The notes beneath the pieces are model-generated. The model worked only from the letters and a program-made list of their open reading frames with translations. It was not told the DNA's origin and did not search any database. From an uncultured Gemmatimonadaceae bacterium (lineage in GTDB: Bacteria > Gemmatimonadota > Gemmatimonadetes > Gemmatimonadales > GWC2-71-9), in the NCBI GenBank assembly GCA_964518955.1, contig CAZFHS010000008.1:1017-65016 (forward strand): a DNA stretch of 64,000 nt, written 5' to 3'. The position numbers and the translations under genes were made by a program. Each line of letters starts with the position of its first letter. Within the stretch, counting starts at the first letter, position 1. Below are positions 20,690 to 28,869 of the stretch, one piece after another.

Positions 20690-21017
20690 TGTTGCCTCTG
20701 CCGGCTATGCGGCGCGCGCATTCGTCTAGCAAGAGCGCCACCACTGGATGATCTATGTCGCAGTGCTTGAACAGTTCTCGTGCGGCAGCGGCATGCTGTG
20801 GCTCGACCACGAGGTCCTGAGGCGTGTCCTGGGATTCCTCTGCGGGACCGTTACCACCCACGATTTCAATATTCTGCACCCCCCAGATCTTGAACAACCG
20901 CAACTCCTTCTCGGCGAGTACTTTGCCCGCCTTCGCAAGCAGTTGGCCGTTTCTGTCAACGGCATCTGAGGCTAGCTGCATACCAGGATGCGCCTGCTCT
21001 AACCGAATCACACCCAT
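20679..21017 (-). CDS. Small protein carrying a GM-x-LA-x-D module (function unknown)
   Basis: Start set to the ATG at 21017 with GAGGAG 5 nt upstream; the longer ORF reaches 21071. The N-terminal ~50 aa share an ungapped pattern with the C-terminus of the MotB-coupled protein (23952-24119). Confidence 0.55.
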   Translation of the reverse strand: MGVIRLEQAHPGMQLASDAVDRNGQLLAKAGKVLAEKELRLFKIWGVQNIEIVGGNGPAEESQDTPQDLVVEPQHAAAARELFKHCDIDHPVVALLLDECARRIAGRGNNGA

Positions 21018-21121
21018 GACGGCTCCTCGGTTTCGAGGGTTGAGCCAAGTTGACCGCGTCGCCCAGCCCATTCATTGCGACAGCCCCTCACGGCGGACGT
21101 CGCGTTCCTTGTCAACTCAAA

Positions 21122-21149
21122 TTATCGGCTGTGCTAATCAGCTCCTTTA
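21122..21149 (-). promoter_or_regulatory. Sigma28-type promoter for the HDOD/hybrid-kinase operon
   Basis: Reverse strand reads TAAAGGAG-N12-GCCGATAA. About 105 nt upstream of the ATG at 21017. Confidence 0.6.
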
Positions 21150-21181
21150 ACCGCAGGTAGCAATCTCTAAGACGTCTTATC

Positions 21182-21209
21182 TCAAGCTTCTCAGCGTTCG
21201 GTCCGATAC
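21182..21209 (+). promoter_or_regulatory. Sigma28-type promoter for motAB
   Basis: TCAA-N16-TCCGATAC, about 55 nt upstream of the motA ATG. GGAGGA RBS at 21245-21250. Confidence 0.5.
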
Positions 21210-21263
21210 TTCCCCTAGACAGGGATTTTTTCTGATTTCTTAACGGAGGACAGGGACGCAAAC

Positions 21264-22124
21264 ATGCTCGCCATCATCGGCGTGTTGGTCGTCATTGTGT
21301 CAGTACTCGGCGGGTTCAGCCTGGCGGGAGGGCACCTCGCAGCGCTATTCCACGTATCGGAGTTCGTCGTAATCGGTGGTACTGCGCTGGGAACGATTAT
21401 GATATCGACGCCGAGGTCCATTCTGAAGGAGCTGTTCGCCAAACTCACGGGGGTGATCAAGCAGACTCCCTTCTCGAAGGACCTCTACCTCGAAGCTTTG
21501 AAGATGATATTCGAGTTGTTCCAAATTGCTCGGCGCGACGGGCTCGTGGCAATCGAATCGCATATCGAGCGCCCAGCAGAGAGTGAGGTATTCAAGAAGT
21601 ACTCCGCAGTGTCGTCACGTCATCATGCAATCACATTTCTGTGTGATTCCCTCCGCCTCGTCCTCGTCGGGAGTGTGCCACCCCACGATTTGGAAGCATT
21701 GATGGATGCGGACATTGATGTTCATCACGAACAGGAAGCGCGGCCTGTGAACGTGCTGCAAAAGGTCGGCGACGCCCTCCCGGGAATTGGTATCGTTGCG
21801 GCCGTGTTGGGCATCGTCGTCACGATGGGCGCGATCGCCGGGCCCGTAGAACATATCGGCGAGAAGGTGGGCGCTGCTCTGACCGGCACATTCCTCGGTG
21901 TGCTGCTTGCTTATGGCTTCGCTACTCCCCTGTCTAGTAGCATGGAACACCAGAACGCCGAGGAAGCGCGTTTTCATCATTTCATCAAAGCCAGCGTAGT
22001 GGCATTCGCAAAGGGTTTCGCTCCAATAGTCGCAACGGAATTTGCCCGCAGAGCGATCTTTGCCGAGGTGCGTCCATCGTTCGAGGAAATGGAAACCGCC
22101 TGCAAGAGCACGAGGGGCAAGTAG
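21264..22124 (+). CDS. motA: Flagellar stator protein MotA (E. coli MotA-type)
   Basis: 286 aa, collinear with MotA (MLxxxGxLVV start, LPGIGIVAAVLGIV, GTFLGVLLAYGF, ERPSFEEME). Confidence 0.9.
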   Translation: MLAIIGVLVVIVSVLGGFSLAGGHLAALFHVSEFVVIGGTALGTIMISTPRSILKELFAKLTGVIKQTPFSKDLYLEALKMIFELFQIARRDGLVAIESHIERPAESEVFKKYSAVSSRHHAITFLCDSLRLVLVGSVPPHDLEALMDADIDVHHEQEARPVNVLQKVGDALPGIGIVAAVLGIVVTMGAIAGPVEHIGEKVGAALTGTFLGVLLAYGFATPLSSSMEHQNAEEARFHHFIKASVVAFAKGFAPIVATEFARRAIFAEVRPSFEEMETACKSTRGK

Positions 22125-22128
22125 CGAC

Positions 22129-22953
22129 ATGAACAAGGACCGTGAAGCCCCGCTACGAATCATCGTGCGCAAGAAGCGCAGCGATCATGGTGGGCATCAT
22201 GGTGGTGCCTGGAAAGTCGCCTTCGCCGACTTCATGACCGCAATGTTTGCACTGTTCCTCGTGCTCTGGCTCGTCAACCAGAGTTCCGAAGTACGGTCGT
22301 CGATAGCCGGTTACTTCGCCAATCCAATGGGATTCCCGGGTGAGGCTGGAAGCTCACTGTTGCCCGCGGACGGAACGGTGGCTTCAGATATCCGCCCGGT
22401 GCTGCTGGAAACATTCAGCCTGCGTCGGCTTCAACTGCGCGAGCTCGAGGCGAGGTTGCGCACCCGAATGGACGACCTCCCCGGATTGGAGTCAGTATCG
22501 GCAAACATCGAAATGGAGATGGTTGATGAGGGATTGAGGATTCAACTGCTCGAGGATTCGTCCGGCGTATTCTTCGAGACTGGAAGCAGTGATCCGAAGA
22601 CAGAAGGGCTGCAGGTGCTGCAAATCCTCGGGACAGAGCTGGCCCTGCTTCCAAACACCGTTGTCATTGAAGGTCACACAGACTCCCGCCAGTATGCTAT
22701 GGGTAACCGGTATACCAACTGGGAGCTGAGCGCCGACCGTGCTAACGCCGCTCGCCGTATTCTCACCGCAAACGGATTGGATGACTCGAAGATTGGCCAA
22801 ATTCGTGGTCTTGCAGACCGGGAGCTGCGGGACCCTGATAACCCCTTGTCCCCCGGCAACCGACGGGTCACCATAACAATTCAAGAGATCGGGCAAGGCC
22901 AACCTCCCGACTCCAGTGCTACCTCCATTCGAGTTCGTCGGGGCGCGCCATGA
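22129..22953 (+). CDS. motB: Flagellar stator protein MotB (OmpA-like C-terminus)
   Basis: HGGAWKVAFADFMTAMFALFLVLW carries the conserved TM Asp. OmpA-like peptidoglycan-binding domain (NWELSADRANAARR). Start at the ATG at 22129, 4 nt after the motA stop. Confidence 0.9.
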   Translation: MNKDREAPLRIIVRKKRSDHGGHHGGAWKVAFADFMTAMFALFLVLWLVNQSSEVRSSIAGYFANPMGFPGEAGSSLLPADGTVASDIRPVLLETFSLRRLQLRELEARLRTRMDDLPGLESVSANIEMEMVDEGLRIQLLEDSSGVFFETGSSDPKTEGLQVLQILGTELALLPNTVVIEGHTDSRQYAMGNRYTNWELSADRANAARRILTANGLDDSKIGQIRGLADRELRDPDNPLSPGNRRVTITIQEIGQGQPPDSSATSIRVRRGAP

Positions 22954-24122
22954 CACCAGCTGTAACGGTACTGTTGGCGTGCGACGATCCCTTCGCAACG
23001 CGAGGACTCTCGGAGGAGGTGCGTCAGATCCAGGATATGGATCTAACGGTGACAATCGACGGAGATGGTGTCCTTGACCTGGTGTTGGAGCTGTCCCCCG
23101 ATCTAATCATATGCGGAGCGACAGTGGGCGACGCCGACGGCCTCGAGATTTGCCGTTCCATTAAATCCGACGGCCGTATCGCGCATGCGCACTTAGTGTT
23201 CCTCGCTCCTCATGGTGATCGGGACGCAAAAGACGATGCGCTGCAGGCGGGCATTGACGCGTTCTTGACCGTGCCGCTGGACCCCGAAGACGTACGCGCG
23301 ATGCTCAAGCAGGCTGAACGGTTGGCATCCCAACGTGACCAGATTTTACAGAGCGATGTCCGACTCAAGACCGCGGGCCGCGACACCGAGCAGCTGGTGA
23401 CTTTTCTGGTCAGCCTCATTGAGGCCCAAATGTCCGGTGCCGCCAGCCGCGGCGAGACCCTGGCGAACCTCGCAGGCAAGATCGCCGACAGGTTCAAGAT
23501 ACCGTCTCATCTACTCCAGGACCTCGATACCGCCGCACGCCTACAAGAGATCGGAAAGATCGTTGACCCGGCGAATGCGCCGCACGTGGCGCTCGAACAT
23601 AGACCTGCATGCACCGGCCCCTACTACACAGTCGTATCGGCTGCCGTGCTGGCTCAGTTGGACCTGCTTTCTGGAGCGGCTGAGGTAGTCGGCGCAATGT
23701 GCGAGAATTGGGACGGCACAGGGCTGCCTGACAGACTCCGCAAAGGACAGATCCCGCTTCGATCTAGGATTCTCAGAGTCCTCGCCGATTTCCTCGACGA
23801 AATGCCCGACCCCGACCTGCCTAAGGCGGCAAACGTCCTTTCACAGCTTAAGGCCCAAGGCGGCACTCTATACGACCCACTTGTGATAGTGCACCTTCGC
23901 TCGGTGCTCGGAGATGAGGACGGTTCAGATATAGCTGACGGCAACACCCAGCTTACTGTGGCGGACCTGAAGGAGGGTATGGTGCTCGCCGAAGACATGT
24001 TCACGAGCTCAGGGGTGATGCTCCTGGCACGCGGAGCGGTGCTGACAGATGCTACGCTGGAAGTCATCAAGTACCGCAATCAGGTGGATCCTGTCGTTTC
24101 TGGAGTGTCGGTGTGTTGCTAA
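22950..24122 (+). CDS. Pseudo-receiver + degenerate HD-GYP-like domain + GM-x-LA-x-D module; translationally coupled to motB
   Basis: ATGA overlap with motB. REC fold with Gly at the acceptor position (DLIICGATVGDADG), Ala for T/S (LAPHG) and Val for Lys (LTVPLD). HD-GYP-like block has LQEIGK in place of LHDIGK and MCENWDGTGLP in place of HHERWDGSGYP. Confidence 0.75.
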   Translation: MTPAVTVLLACDDPFATRGLSEEVRQIQDMDLTVTIDGDGVLDLVLELSPDLIICGATVGDADGLEICRSIKSDGRIAHAHLVFLAPHGDRDAKDDALQAGIDAFLTVPLDPEDVRAMLKQAERLASQRDQILQSDVRLKTAGRDTEQLVTFLVSLIEAQMSGAASRGETLANLAGKIADRFKIPSHLLQDLDTAARLQEIGKIVDPANAPHVALEHRPACTGPYYTVVSAAVLAQLDLLSGAAEVVGAMCENWDGTGLPDRLRKGQIPLRSRILRVLADFLDEMPDPDLPKAANVLSQLKAQGGTLYDPLVIVHLRSVLGDEDGSDIADGNTQLTVADLKEGMVLAEDMFTSSGVMLLARGAVLTDATLEVIKYRNQVDPVVSGVSVCC

Positions 24123-24215
24123 TGGTATTCGCAGCACCTTGCGCTTTGAGTTGGAACCGCCTACTCTGGCACGGCATCCCCTCATTCTTGCTGGATCTTC
24201 AGCACGTTAGGAGTC

Positions 24216-24983
24216 GTGCCGGCAATGTTGGAACCCGATAAACTCACGTCATATCTGTCTGGGTTGAGCAACGACCAGATCCGAGACATGCTGGCCAAAT
24301 TGGATCGCACCAACCAAGGGCACAGCATGTTTAGAGGAGTTGCACACGACCTCAGCAATGCCTCACAGGCGCTTTCCATGGGAGCGCCCGCGGTTCAGGC
24401 CGGAGATATCGAAGCCGAGAAATGGTTGTCGATGACGCATTGGGTTGACGAGAAGATGAACCGCGCCGCTGCAGTAGCGCGTGACTTTGGAACTCTCGGA
24501 GCCGACGAAGAACATCCTGTCAGCGTTCATGAGGTCGTCAGCACGGTGTTTGATTGGCAGCAACTTCAACGAGCACAACCGGTCGGCAACATCCAATGTC
24601 AGATGGCGCCACACATGCGCCCAGTTCGAGCTTCAGATCGACGACTCCGCCAGATCCTTCTCGCGTTGATTGCCAATTCCAAGGAATCGATTGAGGATCA
24701 GCAGGAAGCAAAGATACTGCTGGAGGCAAATCCAACGGACGGCGGAGTGACAATAGCAGTAGAAGACTCCGGCTCCGGCATCGATCCCGACATTAGAGCC
24801 AAGGTTTTCGACCCATTTTTCACCACAAAGGAGCCTGAGCTACATGTGGGCCTCGGTTTGACGGTGGCTCACGCATCAGCAGAGAGTTGGGGTGGAAGTC
24901 TCACTATCGATGAGCCGAAGGGCGGCGGCACCAGGGCGGAGCTGCTCCTGCCCTACTGGTCCAATCAACCGTCCACTGCGTAG
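24216..24983 (+). CDS. Minimal soluble histidine kinase (DHp + HATPase only)
   Basis: H-box FRGVAHDLSNASQAL; N/G1/F/G2 boxes (LIANSKES, DSGSGID, FDPFFTTK, GLGLTVA). The start could instead be the ATG at 24225. Confidence 0.7.
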   Translation: MPAMLEPDKLTSYLSGLSNDQIRDMLAKLDRTNQGHSMFRGVAHDLSNASQALSMGAPAVQAGDIEAEKWLSMTHWVDEKMNRAAAVARDFGTLGADEEHPVSVHEVVSTVFDWQQLQRAQPVGNIQCQMAPHMRPVRASDRRLRQILLALIANSKESIEDQQEAKILLEANPTDGGVTIAVEDSGSGIDPDIRAKVFDPFFTTKEPELHVGLGLTVAHASAESWGGSLTIDEPKGGGTRAELLLPYWSNQPSTA

Positions 24984-24994
24984 AGTCCAATACC

Positions 24995-26359
24995 TCAGAC
25001 CATCCTCAACAACTCTGTCACCATTTCGTCGGCAATTGTTACGAGTCGAGACGCTGCGGCGAACGCCTGCTGCTGCGCTATCAGCATAATCATCTCTTCG
25101 TCGACGTTCACACCGTTCGAGCTGGCACGCATCATCTGAGCTCGATCGACCATGGTTTCGTGTACTGCCGCAGTCTGTTGCGCATTTAGAACCGTAGACC
25201 CGAAGGATGTGACCGTACTCGTATAGAAATCACCGAACTCACTGCCGCCGAGCGCCGCAATGGACGTCGATCGCAATGCTGCGATCTGTAGCGCAACATC
25301 TCCGTCTCCAGCGGCGGTCGTACTACCGGCGGCGATTTCATCGACGGAATTCTCAACCGCTGCAGACAAGCTTATGGTGTGAGCGGTCACACCTGCTGGG
25401 TCGAAGAAGTCCACGTTGGTTGCACCGCTTGCAGTGAACCCACCGTTGTGAATGGCATTCACTTCCGTCACCAGTGCTTCTGCGAACTCGTCTAGGCTAC
25501 TGCGCAGCCCCTGAAGCTCAACGTTCAATACCTCTGTCATAGCAAGCAGGCTACCAGATCTAGGATCTACATCGCCGCCGCCGACAACCCCTACGCCGGT
25601 TCCACCTCCTGCCAAAACGCGCACTTCCAGAGTTTGCGTCATGCCTCCATCCACCAAAAGAGTGTCTCCTGCGGCGACTCCTACGGTGCCATCGTCGCGC
25701 TGAAGCACCCTCACCCCCATCGACTCTGAAAGCTGATCGATCAACACGTCGCGCCGATCCTCCAGATCGGGCGCCGACTGCGTAGAACCGCCCGACGCAA
25801 GGATCAACTGGTTCAGCCTGGCTATCTCGGAGGTAACGCTGTTCACGTCTTCAACAGTGGCGTTCATCTCGGCGAATGCATTGCGCTCCGTTTCTACGAT
25901 GTTCTCATCCAAGAGGTGCAGCTGATCTTCCAGCCGGCGCGCGTGTTGCTGCACTAACCCACGATGCACACTGCTCGAAGGATCGTTCGCAAGCTCACTG
26001 AAGGCATTGAACATCCCGTCTAACGCTGCACCGATGCCGTACTCTGACGGTTCGTTGATGGCAGCTTCGACCTGGCCAAGGAAATAGCCAAGTGTTTGCG
26101 AGTGGCCCAGCAAACCAGATTCTCTACGCAGGCTGGAGTCGTGCAGCCAATCACGAATTCGGGTTATGCCCGTATCTGACACACCACGCCCCATTGGCCC
26201 CAACAGCGATGCCGACGGATCGGCAGCCGCAAGGTCCAGACGCTGCCGAGAGTACCCTGGCGTCATCGCATTTGCCACGTTATGCCCGGTCACGTCGAGA
26301 GCCCTCTGATGCGTAATGAGGGCGCTACGCGCGATGCCGAGAAGACTGATCAGTGTCAT
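24995..26359 (-). CDS. flgK: Flagellar hook-associated protein 1 FlgK
   Basis: N-terminus LLGIARSALITHQRALDVTGHNVANAMTPGYSRQ; C-terminus GVNVDEEMIMLIAQQQAFAAASRL. Both are typical of FlgK. Confidence 0.9.
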   Translation of the reverse strand: MTLISLLGIARSALITHQRALDVTGHNVANAMTPGYSRQRLDLAAADPSASLLGPMGRGVSDTGITRIRDWLHDSSLRRESGLLGHSQTLGYFLGQVEAAINEPSEYGIGAALDGMFNAFSELANDPSSSVHRGLVQQHARRLEDQLHLLDENIVETERNAFAEMNATVEDVNSVTSEIARLNQLILASGGSTQSAPDLEDRRDVLIDQLSESMGVRVLQRDDGTVGVAAGDTLLVDGGMTQTLEVRVLAGGGTGVGVVGGGDVDPRSGSLLAMTEVLNVELQGLRSSLDEFAEALVTEVNAIHNGGFTASGATNVDFFDPAGVTAHTISLSAAVENSVDEIAAGSTTAAGDGDVALQIAALRSTSIAALGGSEFGDFYTSTVTSFGSTVLNAQQTAAVHETMVDRAQMMRASSNGVNVDEEMIMLIAQQQAFAAASRLVTIADEMVTELLRMV

Positions 26360-26363
26360 CAGT

Positions 26364-26873
26364 TCATGCCTTTCGATTCAAAAACCTTCCTGACATCTCC
26401 CTTTCATTCTCCCCCGGTCCACGACCATATACCGAATCCGAGCGTGCTACTGCAGAGAACAGTTCTTGGAGAAAAGCGTCATTGGCGTCTTTGGCACGTC
26501 GCAGAACCGCTTTATTTACGACAGCCTCACGCGCCACTGACTGCGCAGCCAATCGGAGTTGAGCGCGAGCGGTGTCTAAGTCGAGCGGTAGTGGATCGCC
26601 GAGGAAATACTCTAGCTGATTGAGCGCGAGATCTTCGCGCCCGGTCAGATAGTGCACTATGGATGCTCGCCGTTTCTTTGCTTCTTCGAGCGTTCGTACG
26701 ATTCGTCCGACGGCCTGAGAGCTCGATTGCAACGCTTCGTCTTCGTTCGCGGCAACGGCTGCACGCTGAGATGCCATTGCACGTTCCAACTGGTCCAGTA
26801 CAGTAGCCTCGTCGCGGAGTGCGCGTGAAAGGCCAGCAAGCCAATCGGGTGTTTCTTCAGTCTGGAAGACCAT
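26364..26873 (-). CDS. FlgN-like helical protein (putative FlgK/FlgL chaperone)
   Basis: 169-aa all-helical ORF immediately upstream of flgK (4-nt gap). Position and length fit FlgN, but sequence similarity is weak. Confidence 0.45.
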   Translation of the reverse strand: MVFQTEETPDWLAGLSRALRDEATVLDQLERAMASQRAAVAANEDEALQSSSQAVGRIVRTLEEAKKRRASIVHYLTGREDLALNQLEYFLGDPLPLDLDTARAQLRLAAQSVAREAVVNKAVLRRAKDANDAFLQELFSAVARSDSVYGRGPGENEREMSGRFLNRKA

Positions 26874-26876
26874 CGG

Positions 26877-27182
26877 CTATGACCCGGCAGTGCCTGGTTC
26901 GGTCAATCGACGACTCAACTGCCGATACAAATCTTCGCCCAGCCCGCCCTCCCACTTGAACGCCGCCTCTTTCGCCAGCTGTTCGTCAAGCATCGCAGTG
27001 AACATCTCTTCACCAGGTGATGCCTCTCCGAGCCCACCGTCTGGTACCGATTGACGCATGGCCTGAAATAGCTGATTGAGGAATACGCTCTCTAGTTCAT
27101 CGGCGAGACGACGCAACTTGGCATCGTTGTTGGTTGGCGCAGCGGTTAGTGCGCTCGCGTTGACACCAGACACGCCACTCAT
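26877..27182 (-). CDS. Rod-binding protein (FlgJ N-terminal domain only, no muramidase)
   Basis: LESVFLNQLFQAMRQS and EMFTAMLDEQLAKE blocks typical of the rod-binding domain. ATGA overlap with flgI. Confidence 0.7.
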   Translation of the reverse strand: MSGVSGVNASALTAAPTNNDAKLRRLADELESVFLNQLFQAMRQSVPDGGLGEASPGEEMFTAMLDEQLAKEAAFKWEGGLGEDLYRQLSRRLTEPGTAGS

Positions 27183-28264
27183 CGCACAACCACGCGTGCA
27201 GTCAGTGCACCGGCTGCCTTCAATGACTCGAATACGGCAGCGATCTCCCTGGGTTCAGCGCCAACCGCATGCAACCCTGCCGCAACGTCCTGGACCGTAG
27301 CATCGGGACCTAGCCATACGCTTCCGGGACTAGTGGGGTCTCCGGCACCGGTCGGTTGACCCACCTGGAGAGACAACCCATGATGGCTTACTGCTGCCTG
27401 CCCTATTCTCGTGCCACCACCAGCCACAACAGTTCCCTCACGAGCATCAATGATGACCACAGCCGGTACATGTACCTGCACTGGCAAGGTGTACACTTGG
27501 GCGAGGAAACCATTCACATTATCGGTGAAATCAGCAGTAGGACGCAGTGCCACTGACCCGGGATCGTCAACTATTGCCGTGCCATCTCCTAAGGACCCAT
27601 TGATGGCTTCCGCAATCCTGACGGCGGTGACTTGATCCGGTTGTTTCAGGATCAAGCGCGGTTCGGCTCCCAGCACAACAGGCGGTGGATCGACCTCCAT
27701 CACCCCACCGTCCGGAAGCCGCCCAGAATTACCTCGTCGCGCATACGAGCCCACATTCTGGGGATCGTCAGCTACGACCAAGGGGCCCTGTGCAGTCGCC
27801 ACTGGAGGTGAATTTGGATTTGAAATGAGAGGTGTCATCCACAAGAGTCCGCCGCGCAGCGATGCCGCGTCTCCAAGAGCGGCGACCTGCACCTCAAACC
27901 GCCCTCCAGCGCGCAAATACGGCGAGACTTCCGCCGTCACTAGCACTGCAGCTGCCGTTCGAAGTCTAAGGTGATCTGAAGGCACTTCGATATTGAAGCG
28001 CCGGAGCAGATTCACCACCGACTGCACAGTATGCACCGCGCCATAGTTGGCGCCGTAGCTACGGTCGCCTGTACCATCGAGGCCAACCACGAGCCCGTAA
28101 CCCACGAGTCTTCGCGGAACGGCACCTTGTTGAACCGTGAGATCGGAGATGCTGGTTTGCGCATGGATGCGCGCTTCGATAGAAAGCGCGAATCCCAGCG
28201 ATAGCAGCGCAACAGCCGCGGCTATGCGCAGTATTGATCCTGTTGCTGCGTTGGAATTTGTCAT
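27179..28264 (-). CDS. flgI: Flagellar P-ring protein FlgI
   Basis: Signal peptide, then LVGYGLVVGLDGTGD and the rest collinear with FlgI. Confidence 0.92.
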   Translation of the reverse strand: MTNSNAATGSILRIAAAVALLSLGFALSIEARIHAQTSISDLTVQQGAVPRRLVGYGLVVGLDGTGDRSYGANYGAVHTVQSVVNLLRRFNIEVPSDHLRLRTAAAVLVTAEVSPYLRAGGRFEVQVAALGDAASLRGGLLWMTPLISNPNSPPVATAQGPLVVADDPQNVGSYARRGNSGRLPDGGVMEVDPPPVVLGAEPRLILKQPDQVTAVRIAEAINGSLGDGTAIVDDPGSVALRPTADFTDNVNGFLAQVYTLPVQVHVPAVVIIDAREGTVVAGGGTRIGQAAVSHHGLSLQVGQPTGAGDPTSPGSVWLGPDATVQDVAAGLHAVGAEPREIAAVFESLKAAGALTARVVVR

Positions 28265-28869
28265 GGCCAGAAGATCCCTAGAATCTTGCCGAGGATACCG
28301 CGTCTCGGGCCAACATTATCACCGTCGTAGCTGATGGACGCACCAACTATTCTGCTCGAAAGCACCAGGTTTGTGGATGAGACGTCTTCCGGTCTCACAA
28401 AACCTTCGAGTTTTACCTCTTGGTCCCTCCCGTCCACAGCCACCACCTTCTCACCTTCAATGCGTGCGACACCGTTCGGCTCGATCTCGACGACGCGCAC
28501 ACTGAGTACAGCAGCCAGATCGCCTTGGCGGTTTGCCTCGCCAACGTCCTTCGAGTCAGCACCGATCCCGGTTCCAAATCCGGCCGAACCAGCACCCGAT
28601 ATCGGACTCGTATCTACACTTCCCGACAGATTGGCGGTCTGTTCGCGGTCGGATGTCGCAATCCGTGACACCCGTTCTCTTGCGGTTGACTGTTCATCAA
28701 CCACAATCGTCAGTATGTCACCAACGCGAAGCGGAATTCGATCCGACAGCCATGATGCCCTGCCGGCGGCCGGCACGGCGGTAGTTTGAGTCTGTGCCTG
28801 AGCCAACTCAGCGATAACGCCGAGTAGTAAGAGCATCAGACAAATCCGTGTTGCGTGGTGGTGACTCAT
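28261..28869 (-). CDS. flgH: Flagellar L-ring protein FlgH
   Basis: SWLSDRIPLRVGDILTIVVDE and the C-terminal FlgH pattern. No Cys lipobox is seen in the signal peptide. Confidence 0.88.
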   Translation of the reverse strand: MSHHHATRICLMLLLLGVIAELAQAQTQTTAVPAAGRASWLSDRIPLRVGDILTIVVDEQSTARERVSRIATSDREQTANLSGSVDTSPISGAGSAGFGTGIGADSKDVGEANRQGDLAAVLSVRVVEIEPNGVARIEGEKVVAVDGRDQEVKLEGFVRPEDVSSTNLVLSSRIVGASISYDGDNVGPRRGILGKILGIFWP

